Assembly: GCF_006345805.1 (NCBI RefSeq)
Contig: NC_042998.1
Span: 154,132,001 to 154,196,000, forward strand
Origin: Octopus sinensis
Lineage: Eukaryota
Direction of reading: 5' to 3'
Length of the DNA stretch: 64,000 nucleotides
Part shown: one piece after another, positions 52,026 through 64,000 of the stretch
Layout of the letters: each line of letters starts with the position of its first letter
Position numbering within the stretch: the first letter of the stretch is position 1
Made by a program: the position numbers and the translations under genes
The notes under the pieces: generated by a model
Databases searched by the model: none
Seen by the model: only the letters and a program-made list of their open reading frames with translations
Told to the model about the DNA's origin: nothing

Positions 52026-52443
52026 TGTAACGTGAAAGGATCTATCATCGAAGCACTGGCAGGGTGTCGAGATCCTTTCTAGTCACATACAATAATTCTT
52101 GTAGAAAACAAACAGACGAAACTCAGGTTAAAGGTGAACAGACAACTTGGTTTATTGATTCATGGTTGTACGTTGTCTGATGGGGGAATAGACAGCCTCT
52201 GAGATACTGCTGGTGTTGGTCGTTGAGGTTGGTTGAAGTTGGTTGAAGCTGGTGTGTGGCTGTCAGAGCCAGGAAAACCGTGACCGATCGCAGTGCTGTC
52301 TTGAGCCGAAGAGAGAGATTTGAGGTTCGCGGGCTCGAGAGATGTTTTCCCGCACATGCGCATGGGGAAGACTTCCGGTGGCCACCCGGAAGTAGTCCCA
52401 TTCTGCGCATGCGCGCCGAACCCTACACTGTAGCATCACTACA
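52026..52443 (-). repeat. Complete 3' LTR
   Basis: TGTAGTGATG...TCACGTTACA on the minus strand; AATAAA at 52151-52156; preceded by the PPT. Confidence 0.92.
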
Positions 52444-52568
52444 GGGCTCCCCTCCGAGTGCGAAGTACGGCAACCAGAATATTGTGGTGGTGCTGCAGAA
52501 AACAGAAGGCTTGCCGATCCCCCAGAAGACTTGGTACATACTATTATACAATAAGAAACATTTTAAAG

Positions 52569-55100
52569 TTAAATGTAAATTGTTTTTGAAAGTTTCTTGG
52601 GCCAATGCACTGTTCTGCCCGACTTTGTAACATACGGTGTGCTCGGGGCACCCGTTGACGGCGAGGGTGGTGTTGTAGGAGCCGGTGAAGGTGTTTGTGC
52701 AGGTGAAGGCGTTTGTGCAGGTGAAAGTGTTGTTAAAGGTGCATAGGTGGGTGTGTCAAGGTTGTCATCAAAAGATGAAGACGTCTCAAAATGTGCCTTT
52801 TTTAAACGGTCCACGGAAACGGTCTCCGAACGACCATTTATCTCAATCGTGAAAACCTTTGGTGTGCGAGAAAGCACACGAAAAGGTCCTTTATAGGGAG
52901 AAACAAGTGGGCCCTTCACAGAATCGTCCCGAACAAAAACATGCGACCAGGTGTTCATATCCGGTGGAAGATGGGACGGTGGAGATTGCTTTCTGGGAAG
53001 CATGGGCGGAAGGTTTGAAAAATATTCCCGCAGTCTGGTGACATAGGTCGCCGGATCATGGGGCGGGGAAGTGTCTGGCACCAACATCGTACCGGGCAAT
53101 GCCAGTGTGGTACCATACAGCAGCTCTGCAGCAGAAAACCCCAGGTCTGCCTTGACAGCAGTCCGACAGCCGAGAAGCACAATGGGCAGAAATTCGATCC
53201 AGGACTGTGGGTCCGAAGAGGCACGAAGAGCGGCCTTGAGCTGTCTATGGAACCGCTCAACCAATCCATTAGACGCTGGATGGTAGCTTGTGGTGTGGAT
53301 ATGGTGCATACCCAAAATTCGCGACAATTCGCGAAATAGCGAGGCCTCAAACTGTCGTCCACGATCAGTTGTCAATCGGGACGGGACTCCGAAGCGAGAA
53401 ATCCAGTTTGAAACGAAAGCTCGCGCAACAGTCTCAGCAGAAATGTCTGCTATCGGAATGGCTTCTGGCCAGCGGGAGAAACGATCGACACAAGTTAATA
53501 GATAAGAGAACCCGCGACTCACAGGCCATGGTCCAACCAGATCGATGTGGACATGGCGAAAACGGGCCTCCGTGGGGGGAAATTGTCCAAGCGGGGCACG
53601 AACGTGCCGTTGAATCTTGGATCGTTGACACTTGGAGCAGGTGCGTGTCCAACAAGTAATTGTGCGACGCATATTCGGCCAGAAAAACCGAGCAGTGATT
53701 AGTTTGAGGGTGGCAGCGATGCCAGGATGTGATAAGGAGTGCAGTGCTTCAAACACTGAGCGTTGATGGGTCTCAGGCACCAGTGGCCTGGGAGATCCAG
53801 TTGAAGTGTCACAAAGAATGGTGCCTTCGGCTGACGGAAGCGGAAGGTAGGAAAACTGACAACAGGAGAACTTGGGAGAAGTTAAATCTAACGACGCCAA
53901 AGGTGGCTGCTCCTGCGATATGGCAGCTAAGTCGATAGCAGCAGGAGACGAAAGGGCGCAAACTGGAAGGCGAGAGAGAGCGTCAGCAGGAACGTTCTCT
54001 TTTCCAGGTATGTGTCGAATGTTGCTAGTAAATTGAGAGATAAAATCCAGGTGCCGAAAAGCACGGGGTGAGAGTTTGTCCGTTTTTGAAAACAGGGCAA
54101 ACGTAAGGGGCTTGTGATCCGTATAGATCACAAAATCTCGCCCTTCAAGTTGATGCTGGAAATGACGAACCGATAGGTAGATCGCTAGGAGCTCACGATC
54201 AAAGGTGCTGTATCGTCGTTCAGCTGGTTGCAGTTGACGGGAAAAGAAGGCTAGAGGTCGAACATGGTCATCCACTGTGTGTTGTAACACAGCGCCAATC
54301 GCAGTGTCCGATGCGTCCACAGTCAAAGAGAGAGAAGCACCAGGAACTGGATGTGCAAGCAAAGAAACAGAAGCCAGCTCCTTCTTAATGGACTCAAAGG
54401 CTGTCACTGCCTCAACAGAGAGGGTGACTTGACTGTCCTTTCTAGGAGAGTCCTTTAACAGCCTGGTGAGAGGTAGCAGCTTATCTGCACAACCGGGAAT
54501 GAAGCGTCGGTAGAAATTGACCATCCCTAGATAATGCCTGAGCTGGCGCAAGGAAGTGGGGGGTGCGATGCGTTGAATGGCATCGACTTTTGACGAGAGG
54601 GGGCTGATTCCAGTCGAATCAATATGATGCCCTAGAAAATCTAGGGAAGAGCGTCCGAAAACACACTTGTCGGGGTTTATGCGTATGCTATACGCGCGAA
54701 GACGCTGGAAGAGTTGAGAAAGGTGCCGGAGATGATTTTCTCGTGTGTCGCTCGCAATGAGTATGTCATCGACATAGGCAAACACAAAATCAAGACCGCG
54801 GACAACCTCATCAATGAAACGCTGGAAGGTGCTAGTAGCATTCCGCAAACCGAAACTCATGTACAAAAACTCAAAACACCCAAACGGGGTAGTGATTGCA
54901 GTTTTTGGAACGTCGGCTGGGTTGACCGGTATTTGGTGGTAAGCGCGTATCAGATCGACCTTCGAAAAAATGGTACAACCATGGAGATTTGCTGTAAAGT
55001 CCCGGAGATTTCTAATCGGATAGCGATCGGCTATTGTGACGGCATTGAGGCGTCGATAGTCTCCAACCGGGCGAAAATCAGACTCGCCCTTTCGCGCCAA
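52569..55100 (-). CDS. pol: Gypsy pol remnant: RT-RNase H-integrase, uninterrupted 843 aa (frame open to ~55127)
   Basis: [61 protein letters not shown] (HSLSH/CSKC), HIDL...TDRG...[14 protein letters not shown]. The annotated start is a non-ATG codon. Confidence 0.9.
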   Translation of the reverse strand: MARKGESDFRPVGDYRRLNAVTIADRYPIRNLRDFTANLHGCTIFSKVDLIRAYHQIPVNPADVPKTAITTPFGCFEFLYMSFGLRNATSTFQRFIDEVVRGLDFVFAYVDDILIASDTRENHLRHLSQLFQRLRAYSIRINPDKCVFGRSSLDFLGHHIDSTGISPLSSKVDAIQRIAPPTSLRQLRHYLGMVNFYRRFIPGCADKLLPLTRLLKDSPRKDSQVTLSVEAVTAFESIKKELASVSLLAHPVPGASLSLTVDASDTAIGAVLQHTVDDHVRPLAFFSRQLQPAERRYSTFDRELLAIYLSVRHFQHQLEGRDFVIYTDHKPLTFALFSKTDKLSPRAFRHLDFISQFTSNIRHIPGKENVPADALSRLPVCALSSPAAIDLAAISQEQPPLASLDLTSPKFSCCQFSYLPLPSAEGTILCDTSTGSPRPLVPETHQRSVFEALHSLSHPGIAATLKLITARFFWPNMRRTITCWTRTCSKCQRSKIQRHVRAPLGQFPPTEARFRHVHIDLVGPWPVSRGFSYLLTCVDRFSRWPEAIPIADISAETVARAFVSNWISRFGVPSRLTTDRGRQFEASLFRELSRILGMHHIHTTSYHPASNGLVERFHRQLKAALRASSDPQSWIEFLPIVLLGCRTAVKADLGFSAAELLYGTTLALPGTMLVPDTSPPHDPATYVTRLREYFSNLPPMLPRKQSPPSHLPPDMNTWSHVFVRDDSVKGPLVSPYKGPFRVLSRTPKVFTIEINGRSETVSVDRLKKAHFETSSSFDDNLDTPTYAPLTTLSPAQTPSPAQTPSPAPTTPPSPSTGAPSTPYVTKSGRTVHWPKKLSKTIYI

Positions 55101-55130
55101 ATGAAGGGGAGATGCCCATGGGCTGGTTGG

Positions 55131-55317
55131 TGGCTGTCAGAGCCAGGAAAACCGTGACCGATCGCAGTGCTGTCTTGAGCCGAAGAGAGAGATTTGAGGT
55201 TCGCGGGCTCGAGAGATGTTTTCCCGCACATGCGCATGGGGAAGACTTCCGGTGGCCACCCGGAAGTAGTCCCATTCTGCGCATGCGCGCCGAACCCTAC
55301 ACTGTAGCATCACTACA
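55131..55317 (-). repeat. Truncated 5' LTR (U3-proximal part only)
   Basis: Matches 52257-52443; fused directly to the RT coding sequence. Confidence 0.92.
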
Positions 55318-58300
55318 GGTACTTTTAAATGGGCCAGTTATGTGACTCTGGCATTGGCCACGGCTACAATCTTACTTGGCTTACCGAGTCTTCTCAAGCA
55401 CAGCATATTTCCAAAGGTCTTGGTCTCTTGTCATTGCCTCTGTGAGACCTAACGTTCAAAGGTTGTGCTTCACCACCTCATCCCATGTCTTCTTGGGTCT
55501 GCCTCTTCCACAGGTTTTCTCCACTGTTATCCTCATCCGTATGCAACACATGGCCATACCAACGCAGTCATTTCTCTTGTACACCACATTTGATGCTTTT
55601 TATGTCCAACTTTTCTCTCAGGGCGCTTACACTCTGTCATGTATGCACACTGACATTACACATCCAGTGGAGCATACTAGCTTCATTTCTTTCAAGCCTA
55701 CACATGTCCTCAGCAGTCACAGTCCATATTTCACTGCCATATAGCATGGTTGTTTGCACATGTGCATCAAACAGTCTACCTTTCACTCTCTGTGAGAGGC
55801 CCTTTGTTACCAGCAGGGGTAGGAGCTCTCTGAAGTTTGCCCAGACTATTATTCTTGCAGCTATGCTCTCAGAGCATCTGCCTCTGCTACTGACTTGGTC
55901 ACCTAGGTAATGGAAGCTATCAGCTACTTCTAGTTTTTTCCATCTAGATGGAAAACAGATGGAATCTGTTTTCTGTACATCTTCAGTATTTATTGCCCCT
56001 GTGCATCTGCCACACACAAAAAGTGTCTTCCTGGTTAACCTTCCTTAGATATTGCTGCACCTCTTATGTGTCCATAACTTACACCAGGTACATCTTATAG
56101 AGTTTCTACCTATGCCTTTTCTACTGATTGAGCAGGGCCATCTACCTGAATGCACTTGTGATTTGTCTGCCTTCCTACTTACTAAGTAGTTTTTGCTAGA
56201 TTGACTGTAAGGCCCTTTGATTCTAGACCTTGCTTCAACAACCTAAACTTCTCTTTCTCTGGTAGTGACTCAGCAATTACAGCAAGGTCATCAGCATAGA
56301 GGAGCTCCCAGGGGTATCCTGTCTTGAATTCCTCTGTTATTGTCTGGAGGACTATGATGAATAAGAGGAGACTGAGAACTGATCCTTGGTGAAGCCCTTC
56401 TACCCAGAATTCTTCTCTATACTCATTGCCAACTCTCACCTTACTGACAGCATCCCTGTACATGGCTTGTACATCTCTCACTAACCATTCATCTATCCCT
56501 AGTTTCCACATTGACCACCAGATAAGTGATGGGGGGGGGGCGCTGTTAATGGCTTTCTCCATGTCAATGAAAGCCAACTACAGAGGTTTATCTTTGGCTA
56601 GGTATTTCTCCTCCAGCTGTCTTACCAGAAATATAGCATCAGTGATGCTTTTCCCTGGCACAACCCCAAACTGCATCTCATCTAAATTAACTCTCTCCCT
56701 AATTAGTTGGGCTATGACCTTCTCTAGGACTTTCATGACCTGATCCAACAATTTTATATCTCTGTAATTATTCATATCTAATGCATCACCTTTACCTTTG
56801 TAGCAGTTGACTATGGCACTGCTACACCAGTCATTGAGTATGACTTCTTCATGTACCACCTGGTTGAATATATGGGTGACTAGACTATAGTTGACACTGC
56901 CAGATATTTTAAGCATCTCTGTGGTGATTCCTGATGGGCCAGGGGCCTTCCCTGTCTTCATACACTTAATTGCTGTATCTACCAAGGTACTGTCAATTCG
57001 GGTAGCTGGTCACTCATTTGGGTTGACATTCAACAGACTCTCTTTTCCCCATTCATTCTCTTCATTTAGCAACCTTTCATAGTGGCGTCTCCAAGTCTCT
57101 GTTTGTAGCATCATTAAATGCAAGTGAGCCATCATCCATGTGAACACATTTCTCTCCTATGACATCACGATTCTCTTACACATACTGTCTTGCAATACAA
57201 AATATTTCAAGTGTTTGGTCCTCACGATGCAGAACATTAGCAAATGTTTTCTTATCTGCTTCCCCTCTGGCTAAGTAAACCTGTCTCCTAGCTTCCCTTC
57301 TGGAAACCCGATACAGTTCTCTGCAACCACCACACTTCCAGTCCTTCCATGCCTGTTTCTTTTCCTTATTGGCCCTGTCATCTACATTGTTTCACAACCA
57401 CATTACCTTAGGTCAAGAGGGGACTTGCACCATCCACAGATCTGGTCAGTAGCCCTCAACAGGTTGTCCCGTAGGAACCTCCAGTTGTCCTCCACATTAT
57501 GTGATGCGATATCCTCTTTTTTGTCAAAAGCTTCAAATAATATATCTCTAAATCTCTGTCCATTCAGTGGATCCTTAAGCTTCCAGACCCTTCTTTTTCA
57601 TGCTGGTCATCTTCTAGGCATCTGTTAGCTCTGATCATGAAGTCACTAACTACTAACCTATGTTGTGGGGTGCATTCTTCACCTGGGAAGGTTTTGGCAT
57701 GTATAAGTAGCCATCTTTCCCGTTTCCTGGTGAGAATGTAGTCAATCTGACTTGTGTGCCCACCAGACTGGTAGGTGAACAAGTGAGACGGGCAGGTTTC
57801 CTGAAGTTATTATTACAGATTATAAGACCATTTGCATCACAGAACTCCAGCAGCCTGGTTCTCTGCAGAAACCAAATCCATTGCCACCATGTACACCATG
57901 GAAGCTCTCTGGATATTGTCCAATATGCCCGTTGAAACTGCCAGCCACAAAGAGAAGGTCTCTGTCATTTGTCGATGAGGTAGTCTGCAAGAGGGTGTCA
58001 TAAAATCGGTCTTTCTGTTCATCAGGTAGCCCTGGCTGAGGGGGCCTAGGTCGAGATAATGGTTACTAATCCATGTTGCAGCATTAGTCTAAGCTTAAGT
58101 ATTCTATCACAGACTCTTATTTCCTCAATTTAACTCATCAATCCATTTCTCTGTAAGGAGTATACCTATGCCCCCAACCCCATCAGTGATCCCTACCCAG
58201 AAAATCTTATACCTATGTTCTTTGCCTGTGAGGAGCCTAGCAGAACTTCCTCTCCACCTTACTTCTTGACTTCTTGGATGCAGCACAAATTGATACATCT

Positions 58301-60929
58301 CCATTGAAGCCTCTCAACAATCTCACCAGACCTACCTTTCAATGTGCCATCAATAAGTGTACCAGCTCTGAGGGTATGAAAGGTGTGGGCTGGCAAGACT
58401 CTGGGATCGGGAACAGCAGCATTATGCATATGAAATGAAAGCTTGCATATGGCAGATTTCATAAGCATACAAATAGCCTTCAACCTGCATACACTACACC
58501 ATCATTTTATTCGCTTCATAATCTCTACATTCAACAGGAGATAGACACTAGGTAGGGATGGAGGGAGAAGAGAGGGGGGAAGGTGCTCCATATAGTAAGC
58601 CATTTGAGGTGCTCAGGAGTAAGACATTCGGTAGAGATCAGAGGATAAAGACTTCCAGTATAGGTGGCATGAGTGGGATGGGAGGGTACAAAGCAAATAG
58701 CAAAGGACTGTGGCAGCCTTATTCCCTAGCAAAAGCTGATGTGACATAGCCACAGACAAAGCAAGTTACTGATTAACAATCAACATGGGAAAAGTATGTG
58801 GTTAACAAAACAGAGACGGGGAGAGCAGTGAAATTTTCCAGAATTAGGGCTGGTCAAGGAAACAGTGGGTCATTTGGATAAGATAGCAGGTAACAAAACA
58901 GAACATGAAGAGATGGAATTTTTGAGATTTAGAGTAAGAGTAAACAGAATTGAACAATTGGATTTCTTAACTTTCCTATAACATATTGCTAAATGAATAA
59001 CAATAATAATTATAGAGAACACTATAGAGTGAAACAGAATTGAACATTTGCATTCTTGACTTTAACTATAGCTATAACTATAATATACAGTATGGAGTAA
59101 GTCAAACTCTGTGACAAAAATAGATAAATAAATGAATGAATAACAATAATAATAATTATAATGAGCATTAAAGTGAGAGAGAATTGAATTGAACTTAGGA
59201 TTTCTTAAGTTTACTATAACATATGGCATGAAATAAATGATACTGTGTGAGTACATAGATAAATTAAATTAACAAATAATAACAGTAATTATAATTTGCA
59301 CTGTAGTAAAGAAAATTAGCCTTTAGTCCATCTAGTTAGGAATAAGTGCTGTGTAGAAGTGCAGTTTACTGCTATAAGTAGTATATCTCTGTGTAACTAA
59401 TATTTCATTATCTTGAACTGAATTCTTCCCATAGACATAGCTCATGAATGCACTGGTCAATTGAGTTAATCATGCACTAATGACTGCATCTTATTGTGAA
59501 TGTAAATCAGTTGATATTTTTTTTATAATACAGTGAAAGAGGTGAAATAAATATCAGAGATGCTTTTCCCCACACAGAAACTGCAGGAGCTCTTCTAAAT
59601 CCATCGCAATGCTGAAAACCCTACCATATCATTATTATTGATTGATTCATAAAATTTGATTTAAATAGTCTTCAACCCAATGAAGACTATAATACTGACA
59701 TATGAATGGACAATACTGTAAAGCATTTAGTAGCACTCTATCATTATTGCTAACTTCATTTGCAGTAATACTGAAGGGATTGAGTGTGCTGGTAGCTAGG
59801 GGAGAGAAAGAGAAAAAGGGAGAGAGAGAGAAGATGAGAAAAATTTTGTTGTTTTTTTTTGGTGGTTTTTGTGCTATATATTAGAAGAGAAAGAATTCTG
59901 GACGTTTCTGGAGAGGAAGTATTGGGAAGTGTTTATTGAGTCTAGAGAGGGATGATAGGAAAAGTTGAGTTGGATAGAGAGAGTGTAATTAGAATTGTGA
60001 GGCCTAGCAGTTGTTGTGATTTTGACTGTCTCAATTGTGTGCAGTTCAAGCATAATGTTGCATCATTGTTTACTTGATAGGTGTAGTGCTTCTTGATGCC
60101 AGTTAAGAAATTCAAATTATGTTCTATTTGGGACAAGATTTCTGCTCAAGCATGTATGGCACAAGGTGTCTATGCTGCATGTGGATAATACCTATATAAG
60201 AAATGTAAAGAAGGAGTGTGGATTAAACGGTGGCGGGGGGCTATAATTAATACACATTGCAACAAAGCAGACTGGTAAGAAACAGCAAAGCTTTGAGAAG
60301 GCACTGGATCATGGTGTAGAGTCTTCACATAGGTAACTTAGCTAGGAGGTACTCATGGTTAATGATGATTGTTTACAACAGTTTCTGTTAGCTCTGTGAA
60401 TGGTGAGAATTAGGTGAGAGTTAATAGAATCAGAGAACTTGACCTTGTAGTAGATGAGATACACAGTCACACATTTCTGCAAAGTGGAATAAATAGATGG
60501 TTATAAAATTCTAACAGACACTGATAGTAATGGAAGGAACACCATCAGAACTGGCTTCATCTACAGGTATGCTGCTTTACAGAGTTAACTTGTAAATCAG
60601 CTTGCATCATCAATACACGAAGCACCCTGTTTTCCTGACAGGTATTCTGTAAGCATTGTGGAAGTGACTAAACTTCTCACTGGTGATGCTGAATGATTTT
60701 CTGCAGGTGTCTAAATTGTTGTGCATGAACCACCTTGGGAGTTAGGATTATGTCCTTTAATTATGAGGTGTATACAGGGACATACCTAGAGGATGGTTTC
60801 AGTCACCTACTGTCCTACTTTTGATGCATCTTAACCCAAGTGCATTTATTGCCAGTGTTAATCAGCATAGAACTAATCAGTTGCAGAGAGTTCAATAGGA
60901 AGGGATTATGTTTTCAGTGGATTAGGCAT

Positions 60930-61560
60930 CCACCTCTTTTTCCAGGATATCCTGTGGAATTATGGTTTCTGTTAAGTGAGATCTACAAGAGACTGTCCTC
61001 TGTTTCACTCACTAGTGGGCTTTTCACTCTCAATATATTTGGTGAAAATAAGTACCTGTTATCAGCAAAGCATTCTATTGTGTTTGATATGCAAATTTCT
61101 TAGTTAAACTATTTTCCTATGTACTTCATCTGTCTGTTGTCTCTTGGGTCAGAAATTTCTGTACAATTACATCATAGTACCATGTGCTGGTAAGGTCTCT
61201 TTGACCCACATTTTGTCACCTTTGAAGTGCTCCAAGGTTTGGTATGGTCCCTAACATTCATCCTCCTATACATCAATAATCTACTTTCCTAAACTGCTGC
61301 ACCTATAAAAGAAACAATTCAATACACCACTCACTCATAAACATGAATATGTGACTAGAATTCTAAGGCTGCTACAGTATCACTTCAGAGCCAGAAAATA
61401 CTTCAGCTCCCCAAACTAAGTAACAATTTTAAAAATGCATATGAAACCCACATGTCACCAGACAGATTGGTATGAAGTCACTTGCCAACTTAGTCTTACT
61501 GATGTACTGTCTCATCAATGTGTATTCCTTACTGTAGAAATTCTGCATTTCAACCATAAA
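60930..61560 (+). pseudogene. Heavily decayed CR1/Jockey-group LINE RT remnant
   Basis: ISKAF..V...NFLVKLFSY...VVSWV.NF and a frameshifted VPQG...LLYINNL-like motif at ~61040-61285. Confidence 0.5.
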
Positions 61561-61750
61561 TGACCAACATTTTAAATTCCATAATTGGAGCATCAACCCT
61601 ATCTATTCTTGCTTATTTTAACCTAGAGAGATTGTACCTAACAGGTTAGGGCAATATACCTGTCTTCTTCCAAAATAATAATTAACAGCTAAAAGCTTGT
61701 GGAGTTTCAGTGCTGACATCTAAAATTTATTTATTTTTTTCTTTTTGCAG

Positions 61751-61924
61751 AAACCAAAATATTATCTTAAAAAAGGAATTGAGTTCAACTCTTTAGAAGA
61801 GCTTATTTATCATTATTTTTATCATAGCATATCAAATGAATATGAGTCAAAGCTGTTGACACCTTATACATATATACCAAACTGGGAAGCTGTTCTTGAA
61901 AAATGTATGCAAGAAGAAAACTAA
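61751..61924 (+). CDS. SH3BP2: Terminal coding exon (KPKYYLKKGIEFNSLEELIYHYFYHSISNEYESKLLTPYTYIPNWEAVLEKCMQEEN*), SH2 C-terminal half
   Basis: Strong acceptor ttttttctttttgcag; phase 0; YYL...F.SL.ELI.HY...L..PY SH2 signature; TAA at 61922-61924. Confidence 0.9.
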   Translation, partial: KPKYYLKKGIEFNSLEELIYHYFYHSISNEYESKLLTPYTYIPNWEAVLEKCMQEEN

Positions 61925-62051
61925 CCAAATCAAAGATGTTTCACAGTGTTCGTGTCTATAAACATCTTTATCATATCCTCAGTATTGACTTATCTAATGA
62001 GGTATCACACTTTGCTTAATACTAAGACATCTGAAATACTTTTTAAATAGA

Positions 62052-62239
62052 AATAAATGAAACAGTAATAAATGAATACATCAAAAAGTTTAAATAATTA
62101 GTATATTTATGGTATTCCTTAAAAAAAAACTATGGAACTAACTATTGCTTATTTGGGGTCTTTATTGATGATTAATGCCTTACTGACTTAATTGCTAATA
62201 AGCACATCTACACTGGAAAATTAATACAGTTCTAATAAA
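62052..62239 (+). terminator. Candidate polyadenylation signals (AATAAA at 62052, 62067, 62234)
   Basis: Downstream of the stop codon; the AT-rich context makes chance matches likely. Confidence 0.4.
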
Positions 62240-62699
62240 AGTTCATCATATAAGAAAAGCTCTGGACTTATTTAAGAAAATAAAGCTATTTAAAGAATCT
62301 AGTACCTTAAATATTCATAACAAGTTAGCCAAATCAATGACATGGAATAAAATAAACAGATATTGAACATTGGCATATGAGATATCTTATTCAGTTATGT
62401 AAATTGTTGTGAAAAGCAACAGAAACATTTATTGACTTAGGTGTGGATGATAATGATATAGATTCAAGGAAATTCTACTATATAGGCTAAACTTCTCAAA
62501 ATGCCAGCAAGTTTTAATAAAATTTAATCAATAATTATTTTAAAAACTACATTTTTCAATGAAAATTATTTTTTCTTAAATAAAGTATATAGTATAAAAC
62601 ATTGACTTTTCGTGATTATATATTTTTCAGGTAATTCACTGTTCCAAAACTTTTTAACCTCCTGTAGGCATCTTTTTACATTCACTTTTCCCTACTAGC

Positions 62700-62945
62700 A
62701 TATCACTACTTGTTGTAGTCTTCTGTGTGGCCCGAGATCAGATCTCATCACTTCTTCCCATATCTCCCTATTCTTGCACTTTTCACCCATTTTGCATATG
62801 CATAACATACCCAGTGCAGTCATCTCTCTTGCATACATATCCAGTGTTTTCCAGCTTTTGCATAGCTCCAACATTCAACACCCATGTCTTGCTACTATGT
62901 AATATTACACACCATACACAAGGCCTTTACTTGGAGAGGTCAACA
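62700..62945 (-). mobile_element. Decayed RTE C-terminal fragment
   Basis: Reverse complement resembles the LYDACV/QERRLHW/TWEEVVRSDL region. Confidence 0.55.
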
Positions 62946-63469
62946 GAGGCTATCAATTAGTTTTAGCAAGGTTTTGGGGGAATTGAAAGATTTCAGTTCT
63001 TGGGTTTGCTTGTTTCTGAACATCTGTTATATATGAAATCCTTTTTCGACCCATTATTGGTATAGAATTCATACCTGTTGACTTTCTACATACTGGGTAT
63101 TGCTACTTCCCAGGTGATTGTAGTGTTCTGTCTTATTTTCTAAGACTTTCATTAACTTTTATGTGTCTTGATTTTAAACACTGCATCTATGTTTGGAACT
63201 TTTACTGTAATTCTTTGACTTATATGGCTAAGAGAATTAAATCACTGAAATAAAGGAGATGCCAACAACAGACTTGAACCTTTGTGTTATAGTCTGGGTA
63301 ACTATAATAAATGGAAAGAGATTGAGAGCTAAGCTCTGATAGATATCTGGTTGCACACTAAATTGCTCACTGATCTTAATACCAATGCTTTGTTGACAGT
63401 ACTCTTCTATATGGCTTACATGCCTCTCACAAACTATTCATCAACCTCAAGATTTCTTAGTGACCACTA

Positions 63470-63842
63470 GCCTATCTTTTACCTTTTATTTGTTTCAGTC
63501 AGTGGACTTGCCTGTGCTGGGACACCTTGAAGTGTTTTTAGTTAAACACATTGACCCCATTTTAAAATCTGAGTCTTGTTCTATCAGTCTCTTTTGCCAA
63601 ACCTCCAAGTTATGGGGATATAAACAAACCAATGCTGGTTGTCAAGCAATGGTTGGGGACAAACAGTCACAAAGACACATGCAAACACACACACATTTAC
63701 AATGAACATCTGTCTATCAAATTCACTAACAAGATATTGGTCAGCCTGGGGAAACACTTGTCCAGGGTGCCATGCAGTGAGACTGAATCCCAAACTACAT
63801 GGTTGCAAAGCAAGCTTCTCCTTAACCACACAGCCATGTCTG
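63470..63842 (-). mobile_element. tRNA-derived SINE (decayed)
   Basis: Homologous to 43555-43938. Confidence 0.8.
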
Positions 63843-64000
63843 GGCCTATGGAAAATATGGAGGAAAACAATAATACAGCTGCTTAAAATTACTAGATCTT
63901 AAAACAGAATCAATTAGTAAAAGACTCTAAAAAAAAGCAATTCAGAACAGTGGCACATCATCACTAACAAAAACATTCCAGCGTCTGGCCCACAGGAGAA

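Larger units (their letters stand above)
52026..55317 (-). mobile_element. Young Gypsy LTR retrotransposon with an internal deletion (no gag/protease/PBS)
   Basis: TG...CA termini; 4-bp TSD GGTA (52022-52025, 55318-55321); 418-bp LTR 52026-52443; 187-bp LTR remnant 55131-55317 identical by eye; PPT GGAGGGGAGCCC next to 52443. Confidence 0.95.
51497..58750 (-). mobile_element. Full-length decayed RTE LINE interrupted in its 3' UTR by the Gypsy element
   Basis: 3' tail 51497-52025; body 55318-58500 with APE (58259-58483) and RT (56578-56985, 56182-56577, 55637-56017) fragments; 5' region homologous to ~20350-20600. Confidence 0.85.

Overview
AT-rich animal genomic DNA. The repeat families (RTE LINEs with (GAT)n tails, tRNA-derived SINEs, very long (TA)n arrays) suggest an octopus/coleoid cephalopod; this is an inference, not checked. 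Reading splice sites by hand recovers six small + strand coding exons that the ORF track misses (739-811, 1399-1434, 46529-46590, 50907-50976, 51318-51386, 61751-61924). They splice in frame into the C-terminal 160 aa of an adaptor with a terminal SH2 domain resembling SH3BP2/3BP2, including a probable RxxPDG tankyrase-binding motif. Nearly all the rest is intronic transposon debris, including a ~45 kb intron. It holds more than 15 RTE pieces, several Penelope-like elements (PLEs) whose pseudo-LTRs carry minimal hammerhead-ribozyme motifs, and one PLE pseudo-LTR with a 5x fixed-spacing CCAAT/CRE promoter array. There are also two mariners, Helitrons, a CR1-like LINE with its partner SINE, a 5'-inverted RTE, and a very young internally deleted Gypsy element with an open RT-RNaseH-IN frame. 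Exon, TIR, LTR and ribozyme coordinates were counted by hand; boundaries of decayed elements are approximate.
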